Shown in pieces: positions 51,371 to 64,000 of a stretch of DNA of 64,000 nucleotides. The notes below the pieces were generated by a model that had not been told where the DNA came from, ran no database searches, and saw nothing but the letters and a program-made list of their open reading frames with translations. The stretch lies in contig NC_068981.1 in the NCBI RefSeq assembly GCF_001194135.2, forward strand, positions 82,442,981 through 82,506,980. The letters run 5' to 3'. Source of the stretch: Octopus bimaculoides (taxonomy: Eukaryota). Numbering within the stretch: position 1 is the first letter of the stretch; each line of letters starts with the position of its first letter. A program made the position numbers and the translations under genes.

Positions 51371-52346
51371 TCAACATTAACCGTGTTATTAAACAAGTAA
51401 TTTTTTTCAATACTGCTTTTTATTTAATTACATATATCTTTCAACTGAGACATGAATAAGAAAACAACTTTACTATTAATTAATTAACAGAAACTTAATG
51501 ATTGAACATACATTTCAGAAACCTGGTGGTTTCTAAGACAATTCATTTTAATACTATGTGTCCTGGGTAGTGAACAAGTATGGAAACCACTGTCAAATAG
51601 GCTATATTTTGCATAACATATTCTTACGTCAAACAAAAGCCATTGATTTTACAACTACATATTTACCACCTTCCCGTCCTAGCCAACCAATCTGACTGTA
51701 TCCATTACGCAGAAATGACGTGAAGTACATACTAAGAGCAGTGGAGAATTTATTGTACGTCCACTAACGAAAAAAAATCAGATGTTAAAAAATGACTTGC
51801 TAGAAGCGTCAGTCTAATCGTCTGTAATGTTGATTGACATTGAGAGACATGCAGATGTAAGACTGCACGAAAAATCACGTGACGTTGAGTCTTTTATATT
51901 GTTTATCTCATAGATCTGATCGATCAGACTACTGGAAAAAGATGTTCTAGTCTTGACTACATCATTTCTTTTACACATCCGGGATTACATTGTCTAATGT
52001 GTATGTATTTTCATCAAAATAGTAAAATATGACATGAGGATTATTTGGTTTTCACATGCAGCAAATTGAGAAATGTGTTCAGTCTTCTCTCTTTAGTTAT
52101 GCATGATATTGCGCTATAACCGGATATGCCAGAAAACTGATAATGATATCATAAATTATTCAAAGAGTGAAACTCGTAGTGGATACGGCTATAAATATTG
52201 TAAAATGTATGATTAAAAAGCCCTGAGATGGGAAAAAAGGTCAAAGGTTTCATGAGGAGGGGGTCGCTTTCGAGTAGTCCTTGATATAGTCCTTTCTAGT
52301 AGTCCTTGATATTTTTTTATTTATTCAAGAGGTTTTAACCCAATAT

Positions 52347-52527
52347 CTTGGTTTCAAATTCTGGCACAAGGCCAGCAATTTCGGGGGAGTGGACAAGTCG
52401 ATTACATCGACTCCAGTGTTCAACTAGTACTCACTTCATCGACACCGAAAGTATGAAAGGCAAAGTCGACCTCAGTGGAATTTGAAATCAGAATGTAAAA
52501 AGGATAATACCAGCTCGCCGCCTTAAT
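52347..52527 (-). mobile_element. Family B SINE-like repeat with internal deletion and ~14-bp TSD
   Basis: TTTTAACCCAA(T/C)AT at 52333-52346 and 52528-52541. Confidence 0.85.
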
Positions 52528-53065
52528 TTTTAACCCAACATATTCAATTTAACTTTTTATAGCTGTATCTACTACAAAATCTGTCCATTATTTCTTCTTG
52601 AAGCGTCTACATCTTCATGATGTACACAGTGGTAGTATGATTACAATCTTGAGACCCCTGAAGCCAATTAACATTACAGCTCTATCACATAATGAACAAC
52701 TCAAACTCAACGAAAGTTGAGTAACTTAAAACAATAGAAAAATGGAAATTATATTGAGTTCGAGATGATCATAACCTAATTAGTGTCATAAAAGTATCAC
52801 AGTTTTTAAGATACTGTTGGCATACTTTTTAAGAAATGGATAAATATGGCTATATGTCGAATAAAATCTTAGAAAAAAGCATTGAACACACCGAGTACAT
52901 CTAAGCAATCATTTGAAATGCTACTTGTGGCAATCAAACATTCCCAAAATAATTGCCCTTCGTTTTAAATCTGTAGGAGTTGTCCGATAATTTAATTAAT
53001 ACCAAGTTATACTAGGTCTTGTGATTATTGCTGTTCTTCTCTATCATCATCTTCTTCATCTACTG

Positions 53066-53123
<58 letters not shown>

Positions 53124-53157
53124 CCCTGCTGCTGCTGCCCCTGCTACTGCTCCTGCT

Positions 53158-53197
<40 letters not shown>

Positions 53198-55191
53198 GTA
53201 GTTGCTGCTGCTTCTATCCCTCCCCTTCCTCCTCCTCCTCCTCCTCCTCCTCCTCCTCCTACTACTACTACTACTACTACNNNNNNNNNNNNNNNNNNNN
53301 NNNNNNNNNNNNNNNNNNNNNNNNNNNNNNNNNNNCTACTACTATAAATCCTCCTCCTTTTGAAATTATCCAGTTTCTTCGTTACCCAATTTTGTAGCCC
53401 CAATGAGGCAGCCTCAACACCCAATTTGGTGGTTGATAAACAAGATTAAATAAATTTTATTCCATACCTAAATACAAGCATCTTAACCAAAGCACACAAT
53501 CCCAGCTACTATGACACAGAAAGCTATAATTTTATCCATTCCACGATTGCATCCCATATCCTTATGTATATAATTAGCTTCCATTAATTATATTCCTTTC
53601 GTACTAATAAATCTCGACTGGAACAAATAGAAAAGCAACGATTTGTTGGTGGACAGTAAAAATGAGGAACTGAATCAAGTAATCGTTGTTACTCATCAAA
53701 GAAGCGAATGTATCATATATCTTGATAAGTTGACTAATTAGCTATTAGCATGAACTGTGTGTGACATGATAACTGCACAGTACTTGATTAACAGTATCTA
53801 TTAAAAGCCTTTTCTAGCGAATACACTTATTAAGAATTCCTATTAGAAAGCTATAATTGTGCTCTAGATTACGTGCATAGTTGAATGTCTTGACAATTTT
53901 ATTCTCATTTGATGGTCTCTGTGCGAATGTTAAGAATTAAAATGTTATGTGAAACTAATAGTAATTTGCAAATATGCTAAGCTGTATCAGCCTAAGATAG
54001 AATTAAAACTGGCGCCCGTTAATAGGCTATTAAGTCATTTTATTCAATTTCGATTTAGAAATATTTATGTATAACAAGACTTCCTTCATGTTAAATTCAA
54101 GACAGCGGCCAGCATCGTAATATAAGAGTTAAAGTTAGGGACGAACTGGGTTTGTAACTTAGATTTGTATGAAAGTTGTAGTTCGAATTTGGTTTAGCTG
54201 TTAAAGCTATAAAAGTAAAATACGATATATAATGTATATAAAACTTTTACATACACCATGCAGACTAATAACTGACGGCAGAATAGCACTTTGCCATTTT
54301 TTACTTTTACTCAAGTGACACTTGAGAACACAACTCACAATCTGGTGCCACAATTCTGATAATTATATATGATTAACATTAGTACACTTGGCAAATATAT
54401 ATGGGTGTCACAATTCCATAATTTTAGCATATTCATGAAACCTACTGCTTTATTCATTGATCCAATGATATATCTATTCTAGAAAAAGTGTAACAATTGA
54501 CTGGCAGTACCTATTTCCTTAGAGAAGGGTAAATAAACACTTATCCGTTGTATTGTATACTAATTAGCATGTTCAAATCCTGATGCTATACTGGCCAAGC
54601 TATTTGTATAATGATAATATATACTGTAAAGACCAGGCAAACTAACTCTGGTATTTAGTTTCATTTTTTCTTTTAATTTGTTTCACTTAGTCTGCACTGC
54701 TTTCTGCTTTTCAGAATGGCTTATCATTCACAACTTAAATTTTTTCTGAGTTAGATTTACGAGTATTGCAATAGTTGAAAGAAACCTGAACAAGCTGCTT
54801 AAGAAAAAAAAAAATTATGGGTGTTTATTTTTATTTACACAGAAACCGAGTATTTAAAAATACAGAAATATTAATAGATTGTGTAACATTCGCACCTGTT
54901 CTCAAGTATGCTAGCAAAGAAACAGGAGTAAAATACATGAAAAATATACATTAAATGATGAACTCATTCATTTAACAGAGATTGTAGATTCTATACCCTA
55001 TACTATAGTAAAATGAAAAGTTTTTCGTCTGAAGACAGAAGTCACAATTTGTTGGGTATGTTCAATGAAACATGTTCTCAACTTCCCTTCTGGTGTTTAC
55101 GAATTGGAGTGAGCTGAAATCGTTTCAAATGTGAATTTTAAACTAATCGACCGTCTATTCAGTTCATGAAGAATTCAGTTATCCACGTGTA

Positions 55192-56330
55192 CAGTAGCGG
55201 CCATAATATAAGGGTCAGTAAGAACAAGTGTATCGAAATATTTATTATAGAAGTTTAACAAAACGTTGAAACTAGATATTTTACACATATTTAGTATATC
55301 TAATATAGTATATCTTTAGTATATCTTTCGTGAAAATTTCAAGACAATGGAATTAATATTTCGTAAGTTATGAGGAAATAAACAAATAATCTTCCAAACT
55401 GCAACGGCCAATACTTAAGGGTCACTTAGACAAACTATGAAAAATGGAACAGGAACAAAAAGAAACCCTTACTACTAATATTTTGTGAACATCCCTTTAC
55501 TATCAATGACCTCCTGAGTTCTGTTACCACAGGACTGAATTAATTTCTTGCAAAATGATGGAGCAATATTTTTCCATTCATTTTTCAATAATTCTCCCCA
55601 GAGTTCATCTTGGTTCTTTGGATTTCTCCTTCGCGCCCCATCTCAAATAATCTTCCAAACGTTTTTTATTGAGTTGAGATCGGGACATTGAGGTGGCCAG
55701 ACTATGAGATCAACCCCTTCATCACTCAAAAAAAATCTTTGACTCTCTCCATAGTGTGACAAGGAGCGTTGTCCTGCAAAAAGATAGGGGGTTGAACTGA
55801 CGAGGATCGGAGATGTTGAAGGGCATGCTGTCTAAGAATCTGCTTATAGATTGCAGCATTAACAGTCCTTTGTAGACGAATAAGAGGACCAGGACGAGCA
55901 GAAGAGATCAGTCCCCATACTATTACACTCTCTCCTCCTTGTTTCACTGTCTTCTTCACACATGCACGAGATAACCTTTCGCCATTTCGTCACGAGATAA
56001 CCTTTCGCCATTTCGAAACCAATCAGATTAAACTTTCATTCACCACTAAAATGAATCTGCGACCACTGTTCTTCTGTTCGAACGACGTGTTCGTGAGCGA
56101 AACGAAGGTGAGCTCTTTGATTCATCTTGGAGATCAGAGGTTTCTTTGTCGTGTAACCTTCCAAAAACTGTTTTGCACGATACACTGATATCGGAAGTGG
56201 AGCTAAACTCGTGGGATATCTCAGCAGCACTCTTAAAACTATCCTTCAGTGAGTGACATTCTAACCATAATACGATTCTGTTTGGCTGTTTGGTGAAGTT
56301 TTACGAGATCTACCGGTTTGGGGTTTAGCA
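55192..56330 (-). mobile_element. 5'-truncated, decayed Tc1-family transposon
   Basis: KKPLISKMNQRAHLRFAHEH, HFSGE, SVIVWGLIS and LQDNAPCH...VWPPQCPDLNSIKNVWKII (D34, E>K after one frameshift). The terminus is TA|CAGT at 55190-55195. Confidence 0.92.
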
Positions 56331-58100
56331 TCTAAGGAAGTTGAAGATGGAGAGGAGGAAAAGAGGAGAATAAAAAAGTTAACACCCAAGCGATAGGATT
56401 GAAGAAAGGACGAAAATTAGATGACTGGTCAAAAGAATTTAGATGATGAAGAAAATTACGGAGTAAATGAAATATAAGTGGATGATGTAATTCGAAGGTG
56501 TAGAGGTGGAAAAAGTACAAAATGTTCAAAAGAAACAAGAAGAACGAAAGATATAAATAATATGGAGAAGAAAAGAAGACTGCCAATGAATGGAAGTTTA
56601 AAACGGAAGTATTTAAAAGGAAGAGGAGAAAAATGCTTTGCTGGATTCAAACCATGTAAGAAAACTGAGTTGATGGAAGTTTGTACAAGCCAACCAGATG
56701 AACTGCTTACACAACGGAAAAGATCACAGTTGTCACTACGAAATATCATGCTCAGATTGCCAGAGGTTTACATTAAGAGTACAAAAGTCACAGGAATTCT
56801 CATCCATTAACCCTAAAATACAACGTCTACATAATTCAGGTGATGACCGTACACTTGGATACATGAGACCAAATTTTATGAAATTGGGAAAGGAGTAAAA
56901 GAAGAGCAGGATGAAAGTCAAAGAACAGGAGCAAAAGAGAAAAGAAGAAAGAGGGAAAAGGAGAAAGAGAGAAAAACGGAAAGAGAGAAAAAAAGGAAGA
57001 GAGAAAAGAAGAAAGAAGAAACATAGAAACAAGTATCCAACATGAATAAATCAAACCAAGGAAAGAGAAGAAAATTTTAAAAAATGAGTTGAAGTGAAAA
57101 AAACCTGAGGATGCAGAGAAAACAAAAGAATACTGAAAAAGAAAATTGAATTTGAAATTATTAAAATAGGAAAATAAAACTAAAACAAAATATAAAATAT
57201 TTTAAAGTTAGGAAAATAGCAAGAAGCAAAGGAAGAATATCAAAGAGTAAGTAGAATTAAAATGGAAGAGCGGTAAAGAGATCTTCTGGTGAACCCTGGG
57301 TGAAGAGAAGAAATCATGGTGTTAATGTTTACATGAGGTAAAAATCTTTGTAGCTTTTAAAGTTAATTAATGATATTTATTGATGCAATTAGTGAAAGCA
57401 GCACAGATGTTAATCAGTGAATCAGATGGTAATGCTGATAAAATGTTTCAACTTTGTATGTGCAACATAACTAAAAGAATGTGTTTATTAACGAATGATA
57501 ACTGTTACTCTAGCCTACGGTGGTTATATGTTTGAAATCGAAATCGAGATCAGGAGAAAAATAAGAGAACTTCTTCAAGTAGTTTTGACAAAGAAAATGT
57601 GATAAGCCCATATGGCGAATGTGTTAGTTCTCACCTAAAACTAATGTCAAGTCAAAGCAAAGAGAGCGAACGAGCGAGAGATAGAGAGAGAAAAGAAGAG
57701 AAGAGAGAGAGAGAGAGAGAGAGAGAAACATGGAGAGAGAAAACTGAGAGAGAACGAAAGAGAATTAGAGGGAGTTATGAATGAGATTATACAAACAGAG
57801 CGGGAAAAAAAAACAGAGAGTAGTGTATGACAACTAAAATAGAGAAATAGTGTGAAGGAAAAATAAGAAAAAAACAAGAAAAACAAGTAGTAAACATAAT
57901 AAACAGATTTAAGATAGTAAAGTAATTTTGCATATATGGTTATAACCAATTTAAGATGAGTCTGTTGCTATCTATATCCATGTGTAAGTGAGTGTTTGTG
58001 TGTGTGTGTATTTATACTCGTATACACACATGCACACACACGCACATGCACAAACACATACGCATATATATATATACATATATAAATATATGTATACATA

Positions 58101-58156
<56 letters not shown>

Positions 58157-59432
58157 ATGTATGTCAGTGTCTGTATGCCTGTATTTGTCTGCCCAAGTGT
58201 ATGAACATTCAATCATGGGAGTTGTGTGTGGATTTTGTTGCCACTATTTGAGAATACGCTACCAAAATTCTATTGTGATATTTTGTTAAAATGAAAGTAA
58301 CAAATACGTAAAAGCTGTGAAGTTTTGTTCATTTCACAACACTTAGCAAAAACGTAGTAAATTTCGACGCCCATTATTTGAGAGGCCGTGTAATATTTGT
58401 AGTCACAGTTATATACGTATTTCTTAGACAACAACACGTTTCTTTATAATGCTGGAAGCGTAATTGACAAAACATTTATTTTTCAATGAATGTAACCTAT
58501 ATTTTATGTAGCAGCTGAGAGAATTTATACCATCGAGATTAATTCCTCCTTAGTTCGTGTTGATAGTATTATTGATATCATATACACACATAACTCTTCT
58601 CGCTGGAATATCACACCTCCTTTCTTAGTCTGTATCCATATTGCTTATATTTTTATAAATTATTTTTGCTAATTGATAACTTACAGAACAAGATAGCAAC
58701 AGATCGAAATTAGGTATACACACACGCGTGCGCGCGTATCCATGTACCCATACACACATATATTGTGGGTAGATATATAGTTTACTGTAACATAATCTGA
58801 TTCATTTTATTTATTATTTTTTTTTTACATAATATTTGATAGTATATACATAACAGATATGGTTAAATCCGTCATAGTTGGAAGAATATAATTTGAAGTT
58901 TCAAATTATAAAAATTTCTGTGCCGTTAGCTATAAAGGAGTAATGGTAAAATTGCGGACTGTTGGAAATTCTGAATGCCACGCGAACGAAAAAATTACTT
59001 TGTATTCTAGTAGTGTGGCTTGCTTGATGATGAATCATGATTCATGTGGCCCCCTACTCAAAAATGGTTGCCCATGGTTGCCACGATGTACATTTTCTTA
59101 CGGGAATGTCAAAACTGAAAAAAGTTAGATGAACGATACAATATTTCAGTTATATATATATCTATGTATATATGTATGTATGTATATCTATGTATGTATG
59201 TATGTATATATATATATATATATATATNNNNNNNNNNNNNNNNNNNNNNNNNNNNNNNNNNNNNNNNNNNNNNNNNNNNNNNNNNNNNNNNNNNNNNNNN
59301 NNNNNNNNNNNNNNNNNNNNNNNNNNNNNNNNNNNNNNNNNNNNNNNNNNNNNNNNNNNNNNNNNNNNNNNNNNNNNNNNNNNNNNNNNNNNNNNGTGTG
59401 TGTGTGTGTGTTGTTTTTCTTTTTGAACTCAC

Positions 59433-59463
<31 letters not shown>

Positions 59464-59499
59464 ATATACGTGTGTATATGTGTGTGTGTATGTATGTAT

Positions 59500-59700
59500 G
59501 TATATTACTTTTTACTTGTTTGAATAACTGGATAGCGACCGTACTTCGGCACTGCTTTAGATGGTTTATTTAAGCAAATCAACCTTTCCTTTTAAAGCCT
59601 GCTTCTCTTTTGCCGAAACGCTACGTTGCGAGAACGTAAAGAAACGAACCCCGGTTGTGGTGAGGGGCATATAGATAAAACAAGGAGTGTAACTTACAGG
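59500..59700 (-). mobile_element. Old, diverged family A SINE tail
   Basis: TTTTTACTTGTTTGAA...CTCTTTTGCCGAAACGCTACGTTGCG. Confidence 0.6.
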
Positions 59701-59760
59701 CACGCACACATACACACACGCACAAACACAAACATATACACGCTCGCTCATACACACATA

Positions 59761-59792
<32 letters not shown>

Positions 59793-59794
59793 CT

Positions 59795-60020
59795 CTTTAC
59801 TCTTTTACTCTTTTACTTGTTTCAGTCATTTGACTGCGGCCATGGTGGAGCACCGCGTTTAGTCGAGCAAATCGACCCCAGGACTTATTCTTTGTAAGCT
59901 TAGTACTTATTCTATCGGTCCCATTTGCCGAACCACTAGTTAACGGGGACGTAAACACACCAGCATCGGTTGTCAAGCGGTGTTGGGGGGACAAACACAG
60001 ACACACAAACATATACACAC

Positions 60021-60075
<55 letters not shown>

Positions 60076-60184
60076 CGACAGGCTTCTTTCAGTTTCCGTC
60101 TACCAAATCCACTCACAAGGCTTTGGTCGGACCAAGTGGGAATGAACCCGGTAAGCAAGCTACTTACCACACAGCCACTCCCGA
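59795..60184 (-). mobile_element. Young family A bipartite SINE with internally deleted head
   Basis: Tail 59795-60010 is close to the other copies; (TA)/(CA) spacer; head 60075-60184. Confidence 0.9.
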
Positions 60185-60676
60185 GCCATATATATATATA
60201 TTTGCGTATATGCGTATATGTATCACAGAATATTGGTTTCCATGAACGTTTCGCAAAATTAAGATGCTTCAAGTCATTAAATTTTGGTTATGCCCAGTTA
60301 ACTTTACGAAGAAATGCAGGAGATCTTGCATTGCCTACGTTAACGAGTCCCCGAGGGTTACAAACGTCTTTAAGGGGATCTTGGGGTTTCAAATGTTAAT
60401 GCAAACCCAACTGAGGTCACCTTATTACGGGGAGGAAATCTCGCTTATAATTTCACTCATTAGGAAAAGACCGATTTTATTGTAATAAAAACCAGTCTGT
60501 CTGTCTGTCTAGTTTCCCTCTGCTTCCTAATTCATTTCCTCCTCCTCCATCACCTCTTAAATCTTTTTCCTCTTCCTCTTCCTCCTCCTTCTTCCATTAC
60601 ATATTAATGATATCATTATTATAAATAAATATAAATAAAAAAGGATATAGAAATTATCATCATCATCATTATTACT

Positions 60677-60723
<47 letters not shown>

Positions 60724-60724
60724 T

Positions 60725-60955
60725 ATTTTTGTTGTTGTTGTTACTGCTGTTTATATCATAATAATTCTTCCTCGTCGTCATCTTCCTCATCTTCGTCGTA
60801 GTCCTTATCAAATGATCATCAACATCCTCCTCATCCTCATCATTATTGTTGTTGTTGTTGTTACTGTTGTTTATATCATAATAATTCTCCCTCGTCGTCA
60901 TCTTCCTCATCTACGTCGTTGTCCTCATCAAATCATCAACATCCTCCACCTCCTC
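60725..60955. repeat. Two tandem imperfect ~120-bp units within trinucleotide-rich DNA
   Basis: GTTTATATCATAATAATTCT(T/C)CCTCGTCGTCATCTTCCTCATCT recurs 120 bp apart. Confidence 0.9.
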
Positions 60956-61284
60956 CTCCTCCTCCTTCTCCTCCACATCATCATCATCATTATCATCATC
61001 ATCATCATCAAGTCAAGGACTTATGTTTCGTTTTGCCAAATTTAGTTTTAATCATATCTAATTAATACTACTAAAGAGTGTTTCTTTTTCCTCAACGAGA
61101 TTCCAAATAACATATATATATGGTTTTCTAATGCTAAGAAAGAATTATTGTCTCTGGCGGTTGTAGGTCAGGCTCTGCCGAAACCGATAGCGAAAATGTT
61201 ATCATCTTCATGCTTTAGTCCCCGATTGCAGGAAAATCCTGAGCAAGGAAAGATTTCCAAGAGGTGGACGATGTGCATAGTAAT

Positions 61285-62047
61285 ACTCTTTACTCTCTTT
61301 TACTCTTTTACTTGTTTCAGTCATTTGACTGCGCCCATGCTGGAACACCGCCTTTAGTCGAGCAAATCGACCCCGGGATTTATTCTTTGTAAGCCTAGTA
61401 CTTATTCTATCGGTTTCTTTTGCCGAACCGCTAAGTTACGGGGACATAGACACACCAGCATCGNNNNNNNNNNNNNNNNNNNNNNNNNNNNNNNNNNNNN
61501 NNNNNNNNNNNNNNNNNNNNNNNNNNNNNNNNNNNNNNNNNNNNNNNNNNNNNNNNNNNNNNNNNNNNNNNNNNNNNNNNNNNNNNNNNNNNNNNNNNNN
61601 NNNNNNNNNNNNNNNNNNNNNNNNNNNNNNNNNNNNNNNNNNNNNNNNNNNNNNNNNNNNNNNNNNNNNNNNNNNNNNNNNNNNNNNNNNNNNNNNNNNN
61701 NNNNNNNNNNNNNNNNNNNNNNNNNNNNNNNNNNNNNNNNNNNNNNNNNNNNNNNNNNNNNNNNNNNNNNNNNNNNNNNNNNNNNNNNNNNNNNNNNNNN
61801 NNNNNNNNNNNNNNNNNNNNNNNNNNNNNNNNNNNNNNNNNNNNNNNNNNNNNNNNNNNNNNNNNNNNNNNNNNNNNNNNNNNNNNNNNNNNNNNNNNNN
61901 NNNNNNNNNNNNNNNNNNNNNNNNNNNNNNNNNNNNNNNACACAGCCACTCCTGTGCCTCGACCTACCACACAGCCACTCCTGCGCCTCGACTTACCACA
62001 CAGCCACTCCTGCGCCTCGACTTACTACACAGCCACTCCTGCGCCTA
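61285..62047 (-). mobile_element. Family A SINE spanning a gap, with a tandemly amplified 5' end
   Basis: Tail 61285-61463 and 29-bp units at 61941-62047. Confidence 0.8.
61941..62047 (-). repeat. 29-bp minisatellite (at least 3.7 units) derived from the SINE A-box region
   Basis: Unit CACAGCCACTCCTGCGCCTCGACTTACCA, starting at 61941, 61970, 61999 and 62028. Confidence 0.93.
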
Positions 62048-63370
62048 TAATGTGTATTCACATGGAAGAGGAGAAGACAGATCGAAAGATGCGTCTGTGT
62101 TTTATAGGTGCTGCTGTAGATATGGTACCAAACAGCTACGACTGAAAAGAATAGGTCAAGCGGTTGCAGAAGAAAAATGAGAAACTGGATGCAGCACAGC
62201 TGTGGATCAGATATTGGAATGCATTTGTAATGCACGTTATGACTATCCATTGAATACTTTATCGCAAGATGCGGTCTAAGATGTTTCTGTGTGGTTCAAT
62301 AGCACTATAACAGATGTCGAAGTGCTAATCTATTGCAAGTCTCAATTGAGCTTTGTGCAATGATGGTGGCTCATGTGTTTTCTGACGAGGAATTCGATGT
62401 CCAGTTTTTGAGATACTCTCTTTGAGGACGTGGATTCAAAATTCAGAGAGACCGTGAATGTTGCTTGGATATGAGCAGTAATTGTGATGTGTATATTTGT
62501 CAATTTACTATAACGTTTGGTGGTAAAGCGACCTGAAAATTGCTAATTATACGAAAGAATAAAACAAAATGTATAAACAAAAAAAAAACAGAAAATAGAT
62601 TAAAAATATTGAAGAGATTAGATTTCCGAGTGAAGTATAGCATAAATATATATATTATATTTAAGAGCATATAATATCATAATTGAGAATTATCTTTGAT
62701 AAAGAGAATATATTTTGTTACAAATATGAATTTTTACTGTTTTTAAATATAAACTTTTACTTTTTTAAAAATTTGTTTAATTTTTCTTATTTTATGTATT
62801 ATTATTACATTTTTGTCTTGTTAATGAAGAAAACTGAACTTACGTATCTCTTTTCGTTTATTGCTAACCGCTTGCTTAACTTTTGCCTTCTCGTCCGCAA
62901 AGGGAATATCAATCTCNNNNNNNNNNNNNNNNNNNNNNNNNNNNNNNNNNNNNNNNNNNNNNNNNNNNNNNNNNNNNNNNNNNNNNNNNNNNNNNNNNNN
63001 NNNNNNNNNNNNNNNNNNNNNNNNNNNNNNNNNNNNNNNNNNNNNNNNNNNNNNNNNNNNNNNNNNNNNNNNNNNNNNNNNNNNNNNNNNNNNNNNNNNN
63101 NNNNNNNNNNNNNNNNNNNNNNNNNNNNNNNNNNNNNNNNNNNNNNNNNNNNNNNNNNNNNNNNNNNNNNNNNNNNNNNNNNNNNNNNNNNNNNNNNNNN
63201 NNNNNNNNNNNNNNNNNNNNNNNNNNNNNNNNNNNNNNNNNNNNNNNNNNNNNNNNNNNNNNNNNNNNNNNNNNNNNNNNNNNNNNNNNNNNNNNNNNNN
63301 NNNNNNNNNNNNNNNNNNNNNNNNNNNNNNNNNNNNNNNNNNNNNNNNNNNNNNNNNNNNNNNNNNNNNN

Positions 63371-63424
<54 letters not shown>

Positions 63425-63967
63425 AGTGTGTGTGTGTATGTATACATCTATATTTATTTAATTGCACATATCTATATTCTTATTCAGACACACATACCTA
63501 GTTTATATATGTATACATGTCTACAGATACATATACGCATTCACACACTCACGCGTTAATTCATGAACATACACCTACATGTGCATGCTTATGCCTAATA
63601 ATACATGTATATGTTTATAAAGGTATATATATATATATCAATCTATCTACCTGTCTGTTTGTTTGTCTGTCTGTCTGTCTGTCCGTTGGCCGTCCATTTG
63701 TCTAACTGTCTGACTGTCTCTCTGTCTGTGTTTCAGTGCGTGCGTGCGTGTGTAAATTTGTGCCTGTATGCTAAGATGGAATTTTTAGGTCCAATAAAAA
63801 GTTACATGGTTAAATTGCGTGAGCATGTCTGCTACATGAAATTCACAGAAAATATTTGCTAAAGCATACATACATACATACATGCATACGTACATACAGA
63901 TATACATATATATATACATATATATATATATATATGTATATGCATACATACATACACATATATATAT

Positions 63968-64000
<33 letters not shown>

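Noticed and set aside
56478-56898. 110-aa and 66-aa ORFs next to the Tc1 remnant
   Set aside because: Purine-rich, no recognisable motif, no splice support.

Overview
AT-rich, microsatellite-saturated animal genomic DNA with many N-gaps, most of them bordered by (TA)n/(CA)n runs. The repeat content suggests an Octopus-like cephalopod; this is an inference from the SINE families and composition, with no database check. No long host CDS is present, and most ORF-track entries are microsatellite or gap artefacts. Recognisable elements are a decayed Penelope-like retroelement (PLE; RT plus GIY-YIG, 1-1277), remnants of CR1/Jockey-group, RTE and R4/Dong non-LTR retrotransposons, an internally deleted mariner, two Tc1 elements (one full-length with TIRs and TA TSD), a MITE-like element, and about 17 copies of at least four tRNA-derived or SINE-like families, several with target-site duplications. 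The most notable structure is four minimal type-I hammerhead-ribozyme-like motifs from three sequence families, each with a palindromic helix III (dimer type). One has an intact core and lies downstream of a tRNA-like Pol III A/B-box head. A few short candidate host exons on the + strand are listed at low confidence.
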